DNA of 58,309 nt from Bacillota bacterium (GCA_012839845.1 DUMM01000048.1:1-58309), one strand, 5' to 3'; positions 1-9,961 are shown, counted from the stretch's first letter. Program-made: numbers and translations. The notes: generated from the letters alone by a model not told the origin.

Positions 1-418
1 CATGGGAAGCGGTGGAAAGTCTGGCACGAGCAGGATAAACCAAGCCGAGCGAGGAACAGAAACCCTTCGTTGAGTCAGAGAGAAGACGAGCGAAAATCCG
101 TTTCATTTAGAGTTGCATTTCTGCCGCTCTATGAGAGTATTGCACAGGCAAAGTTCACCCTGTAGCTCCCAGAAAGCCCTTTGCAGTCAAGTGCTGCCAT
201 AAGCAGGGCCGAATATTTCGCCTGTGGGGCAGGTATACTTTAACCGAGGTCGGCAATGTCTCCAGATCAGATGTCGAACTGTCAGCAGCTCCGCTGCTGA
301 GCCGTCTTAAGGCTTTTCGCCGGCAGGCGGCAGGTGCGCTCTGAGCCCATCGGTCTGAGAGACCTCTTGCCGGCCTCTTGGTTGTAGACGAAAGAGCTAG
401 AATGGGTAAGGGGAGGAC

Positions 419-1135
419 ATGCCTGTGAATGCAGCTGCTGCCGTAACCAGAACCTTGACCTTTTATGCAGTCCTGCTGTTTCTGCTCCGCATTATGGGTA
501 AAAGAGAGATCGGTGCTTTATCTCCCTTTGACCTTGTTGTCACCATTATGATTGCTGAGCTTGCAGCGCTGCCCATGGAAAACCCCGATATTTCCGTTAT
601 AGACGCACTGGTCCCGATTTTCACCCTCACAGCAGCAGAAATCGCTGTTTCCTTTCTCACCCTAAAGAGTGAAACCATGCGCATCTTGCTTACCGGTACG
701 CCAACCGTTATAATTCGTGGTGGGGAAATTATAGAAAGTGAGATGCGGCGGACCCGATATAACCTTGCCGATCTGATGATGCAGCTGCGTCTCAAAGGTA
801 TCAGCAGCATAGCCGACGTGGAAGTAGCAGTCTTGGAGACCAACGGAGAACTGAGCGTGATCCCAAAGTCTCAAAGACGGCCCCTGGCTCCGGCCGATAT
901 CGGGGTGGAGACAGAGCCCGAAGGGCTGCCCCTGGTTTTGATCGTGGACGGAGTTGTAAACAAGGCGAACCTTCGATATGCGGGACTGGACAGCGATTGG
1001 TTGATTGCCCAGCTGCGGGAGCGCAACATTGAGTCGGTAGAGGACGTGCTGTTGGCTAGTCTGGATACGGCTGGGCGCTTGTTTGTCCAGCGGAAAAACC
1101 GGTCTGGGAGGAGAAGACATGCGGACATACTATGA
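419..1135 (+). CDS. DUF421 / YetF-family membrane protein
   Basis: 238-aa ORF with an N-terminal hydrophobic segment, then 'GKREIGALSPFDLVVTIMI' and a soluble C-terminal half typical of YetF/YdfS-like proteins. GGGGAGG lies 3 nt upstream of the ATG at 419. Confidence 0.8.
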   Translation: MPVNAAAAVTRTLTFYAVLLFLLRIMGKREIGALSPFDLVVTIMIAELAALPMENPDISVIDALVPIFTLTAAEIAVSFLTLKSETMRILLTGTPTVIIRGGEIIESEMRRTRYNLADLMMQLRLKGISSIADVEVAVLETNGELSVIPKSQRRPLAPADIGVETEPEGLPLVLIVDGVVNKANLRYAGLDSDWLIAQLRERNIESVEDVLLASLDTAGRLFVQRKNRSGRRRHADIL

Positions 1136-2543
1136 TGTCGTCATCATCGGTGCCGGCCCTGCCGGCATTTTTACCGCGATGGAGCTGGTCCGCAGCACAT
1201 CTGATTTGTCCATCCTGCTGATAGATAAAGGACGTTCCCTGGCTAAGCGGTTTTGTGTAGCCCGGGAAACCGGTGTCTGCAGGTCATGCGATCCGTGTGC
1301 TATCACCAGCGGGTTTGCAGGTGCTGGAGCTTTTAGCGATGGGAAGTTGAGTTTGGCCCCCAGTGTGGGAGGGCGGCTGATTGACTATCTCCCTGAAAAA
1401 ACCGTGCAGAACCTCATCAATTATGTAGACGGGGTCTATTGTGAATTTGGAGCTTCAGAGGAGGTCCACGGTCTTAATGATAAGGCCGTGGAAGACATTA
1501 TGTACGAAGCCTCCAAGTACAACATCCAACTGATTCCCTGTCCAGTACGCCACCTGGGAACCGATGAATCCTTAGAAATTCTGGAAAATATGTATCAGTA
1601 CCTTCTAAGGCACCCCTACTTTGAATTTGCCGAGCTCACAACTGTCCTCGACATTTTGGCTGACAACGGCAGAGTGACGGGGGTTAGGTTACAAGAAAAG
1701 GGCAAAGAACCTGCTGTGGTTAAGGCCCGGTATGTTGTTGCTGCTCCCGGCAGAGGCGGTGCCAGCTGGATGCTGGAGGAAAGCAGGCGCCTCGGGCTTA
1801 AGACCGAGAATAACGAAGTAGACATCGGGGTGCGGGTAGAGGTCCCCAATGCCATCATGGACCACTTGACCAAGGAACTCTACGAGGCCAAGCTGGTATA
1901 CTACTCCGATACCTTTGACAACAAGGTGCGCACCTTTTGCATGAATCCAGGCGGAGTGGTATCCGAGGAGCGCTATGAAGGGGATATAGCGGTTGTCAAC
2001 GGTCACAGTTACCAAGATCCCAGCTTGCGGACGCCCAATACCAATTTTGCCCTGTTGGTTTCCACACGGTTCACCGAGCCCTTTAACGAACCTATTGAGT
2101 ACGGCAAGTATATAGCCCGGCTGGCCAATATGCTGACCGGCGGCGGAGTTATGGTACAGCGCCTCGGTGACCTACTGAAGGGACGCCGCACTGACAGGGA
2201 TAGACTTAAGAAATCAACCACCATCCCTACCCTGCCCAGTGCTGTGCCCGGAGATCTTAGTTACGCACTGCCCCATCGCTACTTGATGTCTATCGTCGAG
2301 ACATTGAAGGCTTTGGATAACATCATTCCCGGTCTCTACTCCAGAAATACTCTGCTGTATGGAGTCGAGGTTAAGTTCTATTCCGCTAGGGTAGATGTTA
2401 AACCCAATATGGCTACTGCCATAGAAGGCCTTTATGCCATCGGCGATGGCGCTGGAGTCACCAGAGGGCTAATGCAGGCGTCAGTCAGCGGTGTGATAGT
2501 GGCAAGAGACATTTTAGGAATGCCTTTGCCGCAGGGGGCATAG
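1119..2543 (+). CDS. FAD-dependent oxidoreductase (COG2509-like NAD(FAD)-utilizing dehydrogenase)
   Basis: N-terminal Rossmann motif 'YDVVIIGAGPAGIF' and C-terminal 'GLYAIGDGAGVTRG'. Start moved from 1083 to the ATG at 1119, which follows GGGAGGAG. It overlaps the end of the upstream gene by 17 nt. Confidence 0.8.
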   Translation: MRTYYDVVIIGAGPAGIFTAMELVRSTSDLSILLIDKGRSLAKRFCVARETGVCRSCDPCAITSGFAGAGAFSDGKLSLAPSVGGRLIDYLPEKTVQNLINYVDGVYCEFGASEEVHGLNDKAVEDIMYEASKYNIQLIPCPVRHLGTDESLEILENMYQYLLRHPYFEFAELTTVLDILADNGRVTGVRLQEKGKEPAVVKARYVVAAPGRGGASWMLEESRRLGLKTENNEVDIGVRVEVPNAIMDHLTKELYEAKLVYYSDTFDNKVRTFCMNPGGVVSEERYEGDIAVVNGHSYQDPSLRTPNTNFALLVSTRFTEPFNEPIEYGKYIARLANMLTGGGVMVQRLGDLLKGRRTDRDRLKKSTTIPTLPSAVPGDLSYALPHRYLMSIVETLKALDNIIPGLYSRNTLLYGVEVKFYSARVDVKPNMATAIEGLYAIGDGAGVTRGLMQASVSGVIVARDILGMPLPQGA

Positions 2544-2600
2544 ATGACAGTGCGGCGGACCTCAGCTGACAGGGTCTAGCCTTTGACGGGGGGATACTTT

Positions 2601-3218
2601 GTGCAAGAAGTTATTGTACATCTGGTCAGCCAATACGGCTACCTGGGTGTTTTTCTGCTGATTGCCATTGAAAACATCTTCCCCCCGATCCCATCAGAGA
2701 TTATCCTGGCTTTTGGCGGTTTTATGACCACGTACAGCTCCTTGACTTTAACGGGGGTGGTTTTGTTTTCCACCGCCGGGTCGGTGGCAGGGGCCGTCGT
2801 TCTGTACAGCCTTGGCCGGATGTTGAATGCCCGACGCCTTGAGATTCTGCTAAACAGCAGCGCGGCCCGCAGGCTGCGGCTTAAGCAAGAAGATATTCGT
2901 CAAGCCGGGAAGTGGTTCAACCGCTACGGCAGCTGGGCAGTGTTCCTCTGTCGGTTTATTCCCATTGTAAGGAGTTTGGTGTCTATCCCGGCGGGGATGG
3001 CCAAGATGAGAATGACAGTATTCTTGCCGCTGACTATCTTGGGGACGTTGGTCTGGAATACCGTCCTCGTGTATCTAGGCCGATTGGCAGGAGAAGCCTG
3101 GGTGGTAGTAGCTTCGTACCTGGACGTCTACTCATTGATTACTCTGGTCGCCTTTGCGCTCTTGGCTCTGGCAGCGGCGGCGGTGTTTATCAAAAAGAGG
3201 TTTATCCAGCGAAGGTAG
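2601..3218 (+). CDS. DedA-family membrane protein
   Basis: 'YGYLGVFLLIAIENIFPPIPSEIIL...RFIPIVRSLVSIPAGMAKM' is the DedA/SNARE-associated signature. The GTG at 2601 follows a GGGGGA Shine-Dalgarno; the TTG at 2583 is the alternative start. Confidence 0.8.
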   Translation: MQEVIVHLVSQYGYLGVFLLIAIENIFPPIPSEIILAFGGFMTTYSSLTLTGVVLFSTAGSVAGAVVLYSLGRMLNARRLEILLNSSAARRLRLKQEDIRQAGKWFNRYGSWAVFLCRFIPIVRSLVSIPAGMAKMRMTVFLPLTILGTLVWNTVLVYLGRLAGEAWVVVASYLDVYSLITLVAFALLALAAAAVFIKKRFIQRR

Positions 3219-3292
3219 CAAATCCACCCTAAGGCTCCAGAATCTGCCTGATGAGGCAACTTGACCACTGCAGGGATTTTCAAGCTGGGGTA

Positions 3293-3321
3293 TTGAAAAA
3301 CACTGCAGCCTTTGTTATAAT
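3293..3321 (+). promoter_or_regulatory. sigma-A type promoter for tRNA-Arg
   Basis: TTGAAA (3293-3298), 17-nt spacer, then TGtTATAAT extended -10 (TATAAT at 3316-3321). It sits about 20 nt upstream of the tRNA. Confidence 0.75.
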
Positions 3322-3342
3322 CATTACGCAGCAGGGATACAA

Positions 3343-3418
3343 GCGCCTATAGCTCAGCGGATGAGAGCACCGGCCTCCGGAGCCGGGAGCGCAGGTTCGA
3401 TTCCTGCTAGGCGCACCA
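3343..3418 (+). tRNA. tRNA-Arg (anticodon CCG)
   Basis: 76-nt cloverleaf folded by hand: acceptor GCGCCTA/TAGGCGC, D arm GCTC/GAGC, anticodon stem CCGGC/GCCGG with loop CTCCGGA (anticodon CCG), T arm GCAGG-TTCGATT-CCTGC, and an encoded CCA. Confidence 0.95.
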
Positions 3419-3420
3419 AA

Positions 3421-3460
3421 GAAAGCTACCGGTCAAACCGACCGGTAGCTTTCTTCTATC
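3421..3460 (+). terminator. intrinsic terminator after tRNA-Arg
   Basis: Perfect 14-bp stem GAAAGCTACCGGTC / GACCGGTAGCTTTC with a 5-nt loop, followed by a T-rich tail (TTCTTCTATCTT). Confidence 0.8.
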
Positions 3461-3627
3461 TTGCTTGAAAGTGTCGGACAAAGGGGAAACGTCCGGCACT
3501 GGGAAAAATTCGGGAGGAATAACCATCCATTCGACGAAACATGTAGGAGAGAGACTGCCCGCAATTGGTCAGTGGATTGGGGACCCAGTGGGCTGGCTGC
3601 TGGGGAAAATGAAAGGGAGGTCATGGT

Positions 3628-4602
3628 ATGCAGATTGGCGTCTTTACCGTCTTATTTGGACAGCTGCCTTTGCCCGAAGCCTTAGATAAGATTAAGAGTT
3701 ATGGGCTGAATGCAGTGGAAATCGGCTGCGGCGGATTTCCAGGTAAAGCTCACTGCGATCCAGTTGAGCTGCTCAGCGACGAGCAGAAGCTGAAAGACTT
3801 CAGGAAAGCCCTAGACGATCGCGGTATGTTTATCAGCTGCTTAAGTGTTCACGGCAATCCACTGCATCCTCAAAAGGAGCTGGCTGAGCAGTTCCACAAT
3901 GACTGGCGCAATGCTGTTCTCCTTGCGGAGAAGCTGGGCGTAGAGATCATCGCTTGTTTCTCCGGCTGTCCGGGAGACCATGAGGATGCTAAGTATCCAA
4001 ACTGGGTTACCTGCGCCTGGCCCACAGACTTCCTCAAAATCTTGGAGTGGCAGTGGGAAGAAAAGCTGATCCCTTACTGGGAACGGGAGAGCAAATTTGC
4101 ATCAGAACACGGAGTAACCAAGATCGCCTTCGAGATGCATCCGGGCTTTATGGTGTACAATCCCTACACCCTTCTCAAGTTGCGTGAAGCTGTAGGCCCC
4201 AGCATTGGTGCCAACTTCGACCCAAGCCACTTGTTCTGGCAGGGGATTGATCCGGTAAAGGCAATCCGCTACCTAGGCGAAAAAGGTGCCATTTTCCACT
4301 TCCACGCCAAAGACACCGCCATTGACCCCTGGAACAGCCCAATAAACGGCAACCTGGACATTATCCCGTATACCGAGCTGCCTAAGCGCTCTTGGCTGTT
4401 TAGGTCGGTGGGATACGGCCACGGCTATCAGGTGTGGAAGGACATCGTCAGCGCTCTACGGCTAGTGGGCTACGATTACGTGCTCAGCATTGAGCATGAA
4501 GATGCTTTGGCCTCCATCGAAGAAGGATTTTCCAAAGCCGTAGAGTTCCTAAAAGAAGTGATTCTCAAGGAAGAGCTGCCAGAAGCGTGGTGGACTGACT
4601 GA
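3628..4602 (+). CDS. sugar phosphate isomerase/epimerase (xylose-isomerase-like TIM barrel)
   Basis: 324-aa ORF with family-typical segments: 'AVEIGCGGFPGK', 'IAFEMHPGFMVYN', 'HFHAKD' and 'YVLSIEHED' (metal-binding E/H/D/E pattern). AGGGAGG lies 7 nt before the ATG. Confidence 0.8.
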   Translation: MQIGVFTVLFGQLPLPEALDKIKSYGLNAVEIGCGGFPGKAHCDPVELLSDEQKLKDFRKALDDRGMFISCLSVHGNPLHPQKELAEQFHNDWRNAVLLAEKLGVEIIACFSGCPGDHEDAKYPNWVTCAWPTDFLKILEWQWEEKLIPYWERESKFASEHGVTKIAFEMHPGFMVYNPYTLLKLREAVGPSIGANFDPSHLFWQGIDPVKAIRYLGEKGAIFHFHAKDTAIDPWNSPINGNLDIIPYTELPKRSWLFRSVGYGHGYQVWKDIVSALRLVGYDYVLSIEHEDALASIEEGFSKAVEFLKEVILKEELPEAWWTD

Positions 4603-4635
4603 GTTTCCTCGGGAGACACACGAAGGCTCAGCCGC

Positions 4636-4674
4636 AAAGAGCGGGGGACTATCCTCCGCTCTTTTGCTTTGTTT
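4636..4674 (+). terminator. intrinsic terminator
   Basis: 9-bp stem AAAGAGCGG / CCGCTCTTT (4636-4644 / 4656-4664) followed by TTGCTTTGTTT. Confidence 0.7.
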
Positions 4675-4818
4675 CTGCAGCATACGCACATGATCCTTGA
4701 AGTGATATACTTTACTTATCGCTTGACCTACCTTTGGGCCTTTCACCCGGAAGCAGGTAAATAACTGACCTGCTTAGAATAGCTAACGAAATGAAAGCAG
4801 AATCGGGAGGAACGTTAT

Positions 4819-5670
4819 GTGTTCGAGATTTTGGAGAAAGAGCTTTTAGCCCGGGATATATGGAAATACACCATCGCAGCACCGGAAGTGGCCAAAAAGG
4901 CACAGCCGGGACAGTTTGTGGTGCTGCGGCTCCACGAACAAGGGGAGAGGATCCCCATCAGCATCTCCGATTGGGACCGGGATGCCGGTACCATTACTCT
5001 AATAGTCCAGGCTGTCGGTCACACTACCAAGCGGCTGGCTGAAATGGACGCCGGTGATCATATACTTGATCTGTTAGGCCCATTGGGTAAGCCGGCTGTT
5101 ATTGAGCCGGTGGGAACTGTGGCATGTGTGGGCGGCGGAGTAGGAACGGCTATCATCTACCCTGAGGCTCGGGGGCACCGGCAGATAGGCAACCGGGTTG
5201 TGACTCTGATAGGAGCCCGCAGTCGTGAACATCTCTTTTATCAAGAGGAATTGTCGGCCGTCAGCGAACGGGTCCTTGTGGCCACGGACGACGGGAGCTG
5301 CGGCCACCACGGATTTGTCACTGATCTTTTGCGGCAGCTCATAGATGACGGCCTCCATCTGGATCAAGTAATAGCCGTCGGTCCCGTGCCCATGATGCAG
5401 GCAGTGTCGGAGCTGACAAAAAGCCGCGGCATTAAGACCATTGTCAGTCTCAACCCCATCATGGTAGACGGCACCGGGATGTGCGGTGCTTGCCGGGTGC
5501 GAGTTGGCGGTGCAATCAAGTTTTGCTGTATTGATGGACCAGAATTCGATGCCCATGAAGTGGATTTTTCATCCCTTCTTCGCAGGTTGCGGCTGCAGGA
5601 AAGATCAGCCGCTGGCTGTACGTCCGCGGAGAACGGGACGGAGGGGTGCAAAAGCCAGTGTCACAACTAG
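4819..5670 (+). CDS. nfnA: NfnA-type subunit (PyrK-like ferredoxin-NADP+ reductase / sulfide dehydrogenase FAD-NAD subunit)
   Basis: 'MFEILEKELLA..IWKYTIAAPEVAKKAQPGQFVVLRL' plus C-terminal 'GTGMCGACRV...CIDGPEF' ([2Fe-2S] motif), typical of NfnA/SudB. GTG start 7 nt after GGAGG. Confidence 0.8.
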   Translation: MFEILEKELLARDIWKYTIAAPEVAKKAQPGQFVVLRLHEQGERIPISISDWDRDAGTITLIVQAVGHTTKRLAEMDAGDHILDLLGPLGKPAVIEPVGTVACVGGGVGTAIIYPEARGHRQIGNRVVTLIGARSREHLFYQEELSAVSERVLVATDDGSCGHHGFVTDLLRQLIDDGLHLDQVIAVGPVPMMQAVSELTKSRGIKTIVSLNPIMVDGTGMCGACRVRVGGAIKFCCIDGPEFDAHEVDFSSLLRRLRLQERSAAGCTSAENGTEGCKSQCHN

Positions 5671-7106
5671 ACATTTTAGACAAGCACGCTGCTGTTAGGA
5701 AAAACGTGCAGAGGACACCGATGCCGACCCAACCTCCTCAAGACAGGATTAAGAACTTTCAAGAAGTGGCTCTAGGATACTCTCCGGAAATGGCCCGCCG
5801 CGAAGCAGCCCGGTGTCTGCAGTGTCGCCAAAGACCTTGTGTGAAAGGCTGTCCCGTCGGTATAGATATCCCCGGGTTTGTGCGGGCAATAGCGGAAGGG
5901 GATTTTGCCGGTGCAGTGGCCGTAATTCGCCAGGATAATACTCTGCCAGCCATCTGCGGTCGGGTTTGCCCGCAGGAAGTGCAGTGTGAGAGCCATTGTG
6001 TATTGGGTAGGAAAGGAGAGCCCTTGGCCATAGGCAATCTCGAACGTTTTGCCGCAGACTGGGAAAGGGAAACTTGGGGCGGTGCTGCTCACCGGCCTAA
6101 CAGAGTTCGCGGAGGAAAGGGCAAAGTAGCGGTAGTGGGTTCAGGCCCAGCGGGTTTGACTGCAGCCGCCGAACTGAGCCGCCTTGGGTATGAGGTGACG
6201 ATCTTTGAGGCCCTTCATACGCCCGGGGGGGTGTTGGCCTATGGAATTCCCGAGTTCAGACTGCCGAAGGACATCCTGGCCTATGAGTTTAGACAGCTGC
6301 AGCTGCAGGGAGTAGAGCTCAGAACCAACGTGCTGATAGGCAGCACCCTAACGATTGACGATTTATTCTCCCTGGGGTTTCAGGCGGTTTTCTTGGGAAC
6401 AGGGGCGGGTCTGCCCCACCTGTTGGGTATACCGGGCGAAGACCTGAATGGGGTCTATACCGCTAACGAGTTTCTCACTCGGGTAAACCTGATGAAGGCT
6501 TACCTCTATCCTCAAGTGGATACGCCCCTTTATTTGGGCAAGCATGTAGTGGTAATCGGGGGCGGCAATACCGCCATGGACGCTGCCCGCACCGCTGTTC
6601 GTCTGGGCAGCAGCGTGACGGTGGTCTACCGTCGGTCCCGGGAGCACCTACCGGCGAGGCGAGAAGAGATTCTTCATGCAGAAGAAGAAGGGGTGGAGTT
6701 TAGGTTTCTTACCAGCCCCACAGCCATTAAAGGGGATGAAGAGGGTTGGGTAGAAGCAATACAGTGTGTTGCGATGGAACTCGGCGACCCAACGGAAGAC
6801 GGCCGCCCGGCTGTGAGACCCATACCCGGTTCCGAACTCTGGCTGCCTGCGGACTCGGTGATTGTCGCCATTGGCCAAGGCCCTAATCCCATCGTCGCCA
6901 GAACCACGCCGGGTTTAGAAACCGGTTTGCATGGAGTTATCGAGGTGGCACCTGATACTTTTATGACCTCGAGGGAAGGAGTCTTTGCCGCGGGGGATGT
7001 AATTACCGGCGGTGCTACGGTGATCAAGGCGATGGGAGGCGGCAAGAAGGCCGCTCAGGCTATTGACCACTATCTTAGGAACAGAAGCGGTAGGCCTATC
7101 AGCTAG
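5646..7106 (+). CDS. nfnB: NfnB-type subunit (GltD-like NADPH-dependent oxidoreductase with 2x[4Fe-4S])
   Basis: 'PMPTQPPQDRIKNFQEV...EAARCLQCRQRPCVKGCPVGIDIP', 'VAVVGSGPAGLTAA', 'VVVIGGGNTAMDAART', 'VFAAGDV'. Start uncertain: GTG 5646 (overlaps nfnA), GTG 5706 or ATG 5721. Confidence 0.8.
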   Translation: MQKPVSQLDILDKHAAVRKNVQRTPMPTQPPQDRIKNFQEVALGYSPEMARREAARCLQCRQRPCVKGCPVGIDIPGFVRAIAEGDFAGAVAVIRQDNTLPAICGRVCPQEVQCESHCVLGRKGEPLAIGNLERFAADWERETWGGAAHRPNRVRGGKGKVAVVGSGPAGLTAAAELSRLGYEVTIFEALHTPGGVLAYGIPEFRLPKDILAYEFRQLQLQGVELRTNVLIGSTLTIDDLFSLGFQAVFLGTGAGLPHLLGIPGEDLNGVYTANEFLTRVNLMKAYLYPQVDTPLYLGKHVVVIGGGNTAMDAARTAVRLGSSVTVVYRRSREHLPARREEILHAEEEGVEFRFLTSPTAIKGDEEGWVEAIQCVAMELGDPTEDGRPAVRPIPGSELWLPADSVIVAIGQGPNPIVARTTPGLETGLHGVIEVAPDTFMTSREGVFAAGDVITGGATVIKAMGGGKKAAQAIDHYLRNRSGRPIS

Positions 7107-7161
7107 GGGGCAGGGGAAGGTTGCGCATAATTGGCTGGTCGTCAGCTGTCAGGAGGGATAG

Positions 7162-8013
7162 ATGGTGGGGGCTCAGCTCATCGATGGTAAAAGGATAGCC
7201 GCTGAAATTCGACAGGAAGTGAAAGCGGAAGTTGCCGAGCTGCGTGAGCGGAATGTAGTTCCTGGGTTGACGGTGGTGCTGGTAGGAGAAGATCCGGCGT
7301 CTCAAACATACGTGCGGTCTAAGCAAAGGGCGTGTGAAGAGGTAGGAATTCGGTCTGAAGTCAGGAAACTCCCGGATCATACCTCCCAGACCCAATTGAT
7401 GAAGCTGATTGACGAGCTAAACCAAGACCCGGCGGTGCATGGGATTTTGGTGCAGCTGCCTTTGCCGGGGCATATTGACGCCGATGCTGTACTGCGGACC
7501 ATCGATCCAGCGAAAGATGTCGACGGATTTCATCCGACTAATGTGGGCTGCCTCTGGACGGGGTTATCTTATCAAGGTTTTGTCCCGTGTACCCCGGCAG
7601 GGGTCATGGAGCTCTTGCGGAGGACCGGGATCGATCCCCGCGGGCTTGATGCCGTCGTCGTCGGCCGCAGCAATATAGTGGGCAAACCCATGGCTGCTCT
7701 GCTGCTGGAAGCCAACGCGACGGTGACAATCTGCCATTCCCGCACCCAAAACCTTCGGGATCAATGTCGCCGAGCCGATATCCTTGTGGTAGCCGTTGGC
7801 AAACCCCGCTTTATCTCGGGCGACTGGATCAAACCCGGTGCGGTGGTGATTGATGTGGGCATCAACCGGGTTGACGGTCGGCTGTGCGGCGATGTTGATG
7901 AATCGGCCTGGGAAGTCGCAGGTTTCTTAACACCCGTCCCCGGCGGTGTAGGACCGATGACCATCGCTCAGCTGCTAAAAAACACAGTATTGGCGGCAAA
8001 ACGAACTCTCTAA
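7162..8013 (+). CDS. folD: bifunctional methylene-THF dehydrogenase / methenyl-THF cyclohydrolase
   Basis: '[16 protein letters not shown]...[21 protein letters not shown]...GILVQLPLP...[11 protein letters not shown]...[10 protein letters not shown]' is the canonical FolD sequence. AGGAGGGA lies upstream of the ATG. Confidence 0.95.
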   Translation: MVGAQLIDGKRIAAEIRQEVKAEVAELRERNVVPGLTVVLVGEDPASQTYVRSKQRACEEVGIRSEVRKLPDHTSQTQLMKLIDELNQDPAVHGILVQLPLPGHIDADAVLRTIDPAKDVDGFHPTNVGCLWTGLSYQGFVPCTPAGVMELLRRTGIDPRGLDAVVVGRSNIVGKPMAALLLEANATVTICHSRTQNLRDQCRRADILVVAVGKPRFISGDWIKPGAVVIDVGINRVDGRLCGDVDESAWEVAGFLTPVPGGVGPMTIAQLLKNTVLAAKRTL

Positions 8014-8059
8014 TCTGCATTTGGCTGCTGACTGCGAGAGAAGACTGCTAGGCCCCAGA

Positions 8060-9961
8060 ATGGAGTTGAAAACCGTGCAGGTGACGTTCATATGGCAGGA
8101 GCAAGTTGAAGGCCGCTGGAGTCAACGGCAGAAGCAGGTGACCGCCAGCGGCGATGCAACAGTGCTGCGCCTGGCCCGGGAGTATGATATTAAGATCAAT
8201 GCGACCTGCGGAGGGCGAGGGCGCTGCGGGCGGTGCAAGGTTGTTGTGCAGGGCCCGTTGAATGAAGTATCCCAGATGGAAAGGCAGCTGCTGACCAAGG
8301 AAGAACTGGCCAAAGGCATCAGGCTTGCCTGCTATGCTCGACCGCAAGGTGACATTTGGGTAACTATACCAACCGGTGAGACCGAGCTGCTGCAGATTTT
8401 GACCGAAGGTTCCGATCAGGAAGCAGCGGTGGAACCGGATATTGTCAAGGAATTTGTGGCTGTCCCTGAGCCTGTGTTGGAAGCCCCCGACGGCGACCGA
8501 GAGCGGCTGCTGGAGGCTTTGGCGGGGGCAGGGGGACGAATCTGTCAGATTCCCTTAGGGGTAATGACCAGACTGCCGGAAATCCTGCGCCAGAGCAATC
8601 ATCGGGTAACTGTCACCCGCTGGCGGGAACACATAGTAGCCGTGGATAGTGGTGACACTACTGGTGAGCTCTTCGGACTAGCATTTGATATCGGCACCAC
8701 TACTGTGGTCGGCGGGTTGATAGATCTCCACCAGGGCAAGGAGCTGGATGTGGCGGCTCGGCTCAACGGTCAAGCAGCCTACGGCGCTGACGTCATTTCC
8801 CGGGTAGAATACGCCTCTAACGGAATCACACATTTGAAGCGGCTGCAGCGGGCAGTGATGGACACTCTCAATGGGGTTATCTCCGACCTCCATGAAAAGA
8901 CCGGGGTTTCTCCCGAAAGAATATCCAGAGTAGTGGTGGTAGGCAATACCTGCATGCAGCATCTGGCGTTAGGAGTATCCCCTACTTATATCGCCCGTTC
9001 ACCCTATACACCTGCCTTCAGCCGCCAGTTTGACGCAACTGCGGGACAGCTGGGATTAGCTGTAAACCCTGAGGCGCCGGTGACATTCCTTCCCAATGTC
9101 GCCGGCTTTGTGGGGGCAGATACTGTAGGGGTTGTGGTGGCAACTGGGCTGGCTGATCGCAACGGCAGGGTGTTGATGGTGGATATCGGCACTAACGGGG
9201 AGATAGTGCTGTCCCAGGGAGGGCGCATGGTTTCATGCTCTGCAGCGGCTGGACCGGCCTTTGAGGGGGCCCAGATCAGCTGCGGTATGCGGGCCGGTGA
9301 AGGCGCAGTTGAGTTTGTGGAGATCGGGGAAGATGTGGAAGTCAGGGTAATCGGTCAGACCCTGCCCCGGGGCATCTGCGGCTCGGGACTAATTGACCTG
9401 GTTGCTGAGCTCTTGAAGGTAGGCATTATCGATGAAACCGGGAGACTGCAGGATGCTTCGGAGCTCCATGGACTGCCGCCAAAGCTGGTGGAGCGGATCC
9501 GGACAAGTGAGAACGGCGCCGAATTTGTAGTGGTCTGGGGCAAAGATACAGCTGACGGCAAAGAGATTGTCCTAACCCAAAGGGATATTAGAGAGCTGCA
9601 GCTGGCCAAGGGGGCCATCAGAGCTGGGACCATGATTCTACAAAGAATTCTCGGCATAAGAGACGAGGACATTGATGAGCTCCTGCTTGCCGGGGCTTTC
9701 GGCAATTACATTCGCAAAGAAAGTGCCATGCGGATCGGACTGCTGCCCAAAGTGCCCTTGGAGCGGGTTCGTTCAGTAGGAAATGCAGCCCGGGTTGGAG
9801 CCCGCTTATGCCTCATTTCCCAAGCCAAGCTTCAAGAGGCCAGCCGGCTGGCAAAGTCCATGGGTTATGTGGAGCTTTCAGGTCGGCCCGACTTTCAAGA
9901 AGCATTTATGGAGGCGATGCTGTTTCCCCAGAGCGAGGAATACCTCGAGTTCGCAAGATAG
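8060..9961 (+). CDS. corrinoid activation/regeneration protein (RACo/AcsV-like: N-terminal [2Fe-2S] ferredoxin plus ASKHA ATPase domain)
   Basis: Plant-type ferredoxin motif 'CGGRGRCGRCKV...LACYA', then ASKHA/DUF4445-like 'GLAFDIGTTTVVG', 'MVDIGTNGEIV', 'GAFGNY'. No clear Shine-Dalgarno, so the start is uncertain (TTG 8021, ATG 8060, GTG 8075). Confidence 0.8.
   Translation: MELKTVQVTFIWQEQVEGRWSQRQKQVTASGDATVLRLAREYDIKINATCGGRGRCGRCKVVVQGPLNEVSQMERQLLTKEELAKGIRLACYARPQGDIWVTIPTGETELLQILTEGSDQEAAVEPDIVKEFVAVPEPVLEAPDGDRERLLEALAGAGGRICQIPLGVMTRLPEILRQSNHRVTVTRWREHIVAVDSGDTTGELFGLAFDIGTTTVVGGLIDLHQGKELDVAARLNGQAAYGADVISRVEYASNGITHLKRLQRAVMDTLNGVISDLHEKTGVSPERISRVVVVGNTCMQHLALGVSPTYIARSPYTPAFSRQFDATAGQLGLAVNPEAPVTFLPNVAGFVGADTVGVVVATGLADRNGRVLMVDIGTNGEIVLSQGGRMVSCSAAAGPAFEGAQISCGMRAGEGAVEFVEIGEDVEVRVIGQTLPRGICGSGLIDLVAELLKVGIIDETGRLQDASELHGLPPKLVERIRTSENGAEFVVVWGKDTADGKEIVLTQRDIRELQLAKGAIRAGTMILQRILGIRDEDIDELLLAGAFGNYIRKESAMRIGLLPKVPLERVRSVGNAARVGARLCLISQAKLQEASRLAKSMGYVELSGRPDFQEAFMEAMLFPQSEEYLEFAR

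Noticed and set aside
1-418. Group II intron 3' end (maturase C-terminus plus domains V/VI), RNase P RNA, SRP/scRNA or tmRNA at the left edge.
   Set aside because: Only short motif-like matches were found. I could not build a domain V hairpin (AGC triad plus GNRA loop). There is no RNase P CR-V (ACAGAAnCCGGCTTA), no SRP domain IV (GGAAGCAGC) and no tRNA-like end. The region is kept only as an unclassified structured region.
3461-3689. Two overlapping 74-aa ORFs (3461-3685 and 3465-3689) between tRNA-Arg and the sugar-phosphate isomerase gene.
   Set aside because: They have no Shine-Dalgarno and arbitrary composition. They overlap each other in different frames and run into the well-supported isomerase start. 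They are most likely non-coding leader sequence.
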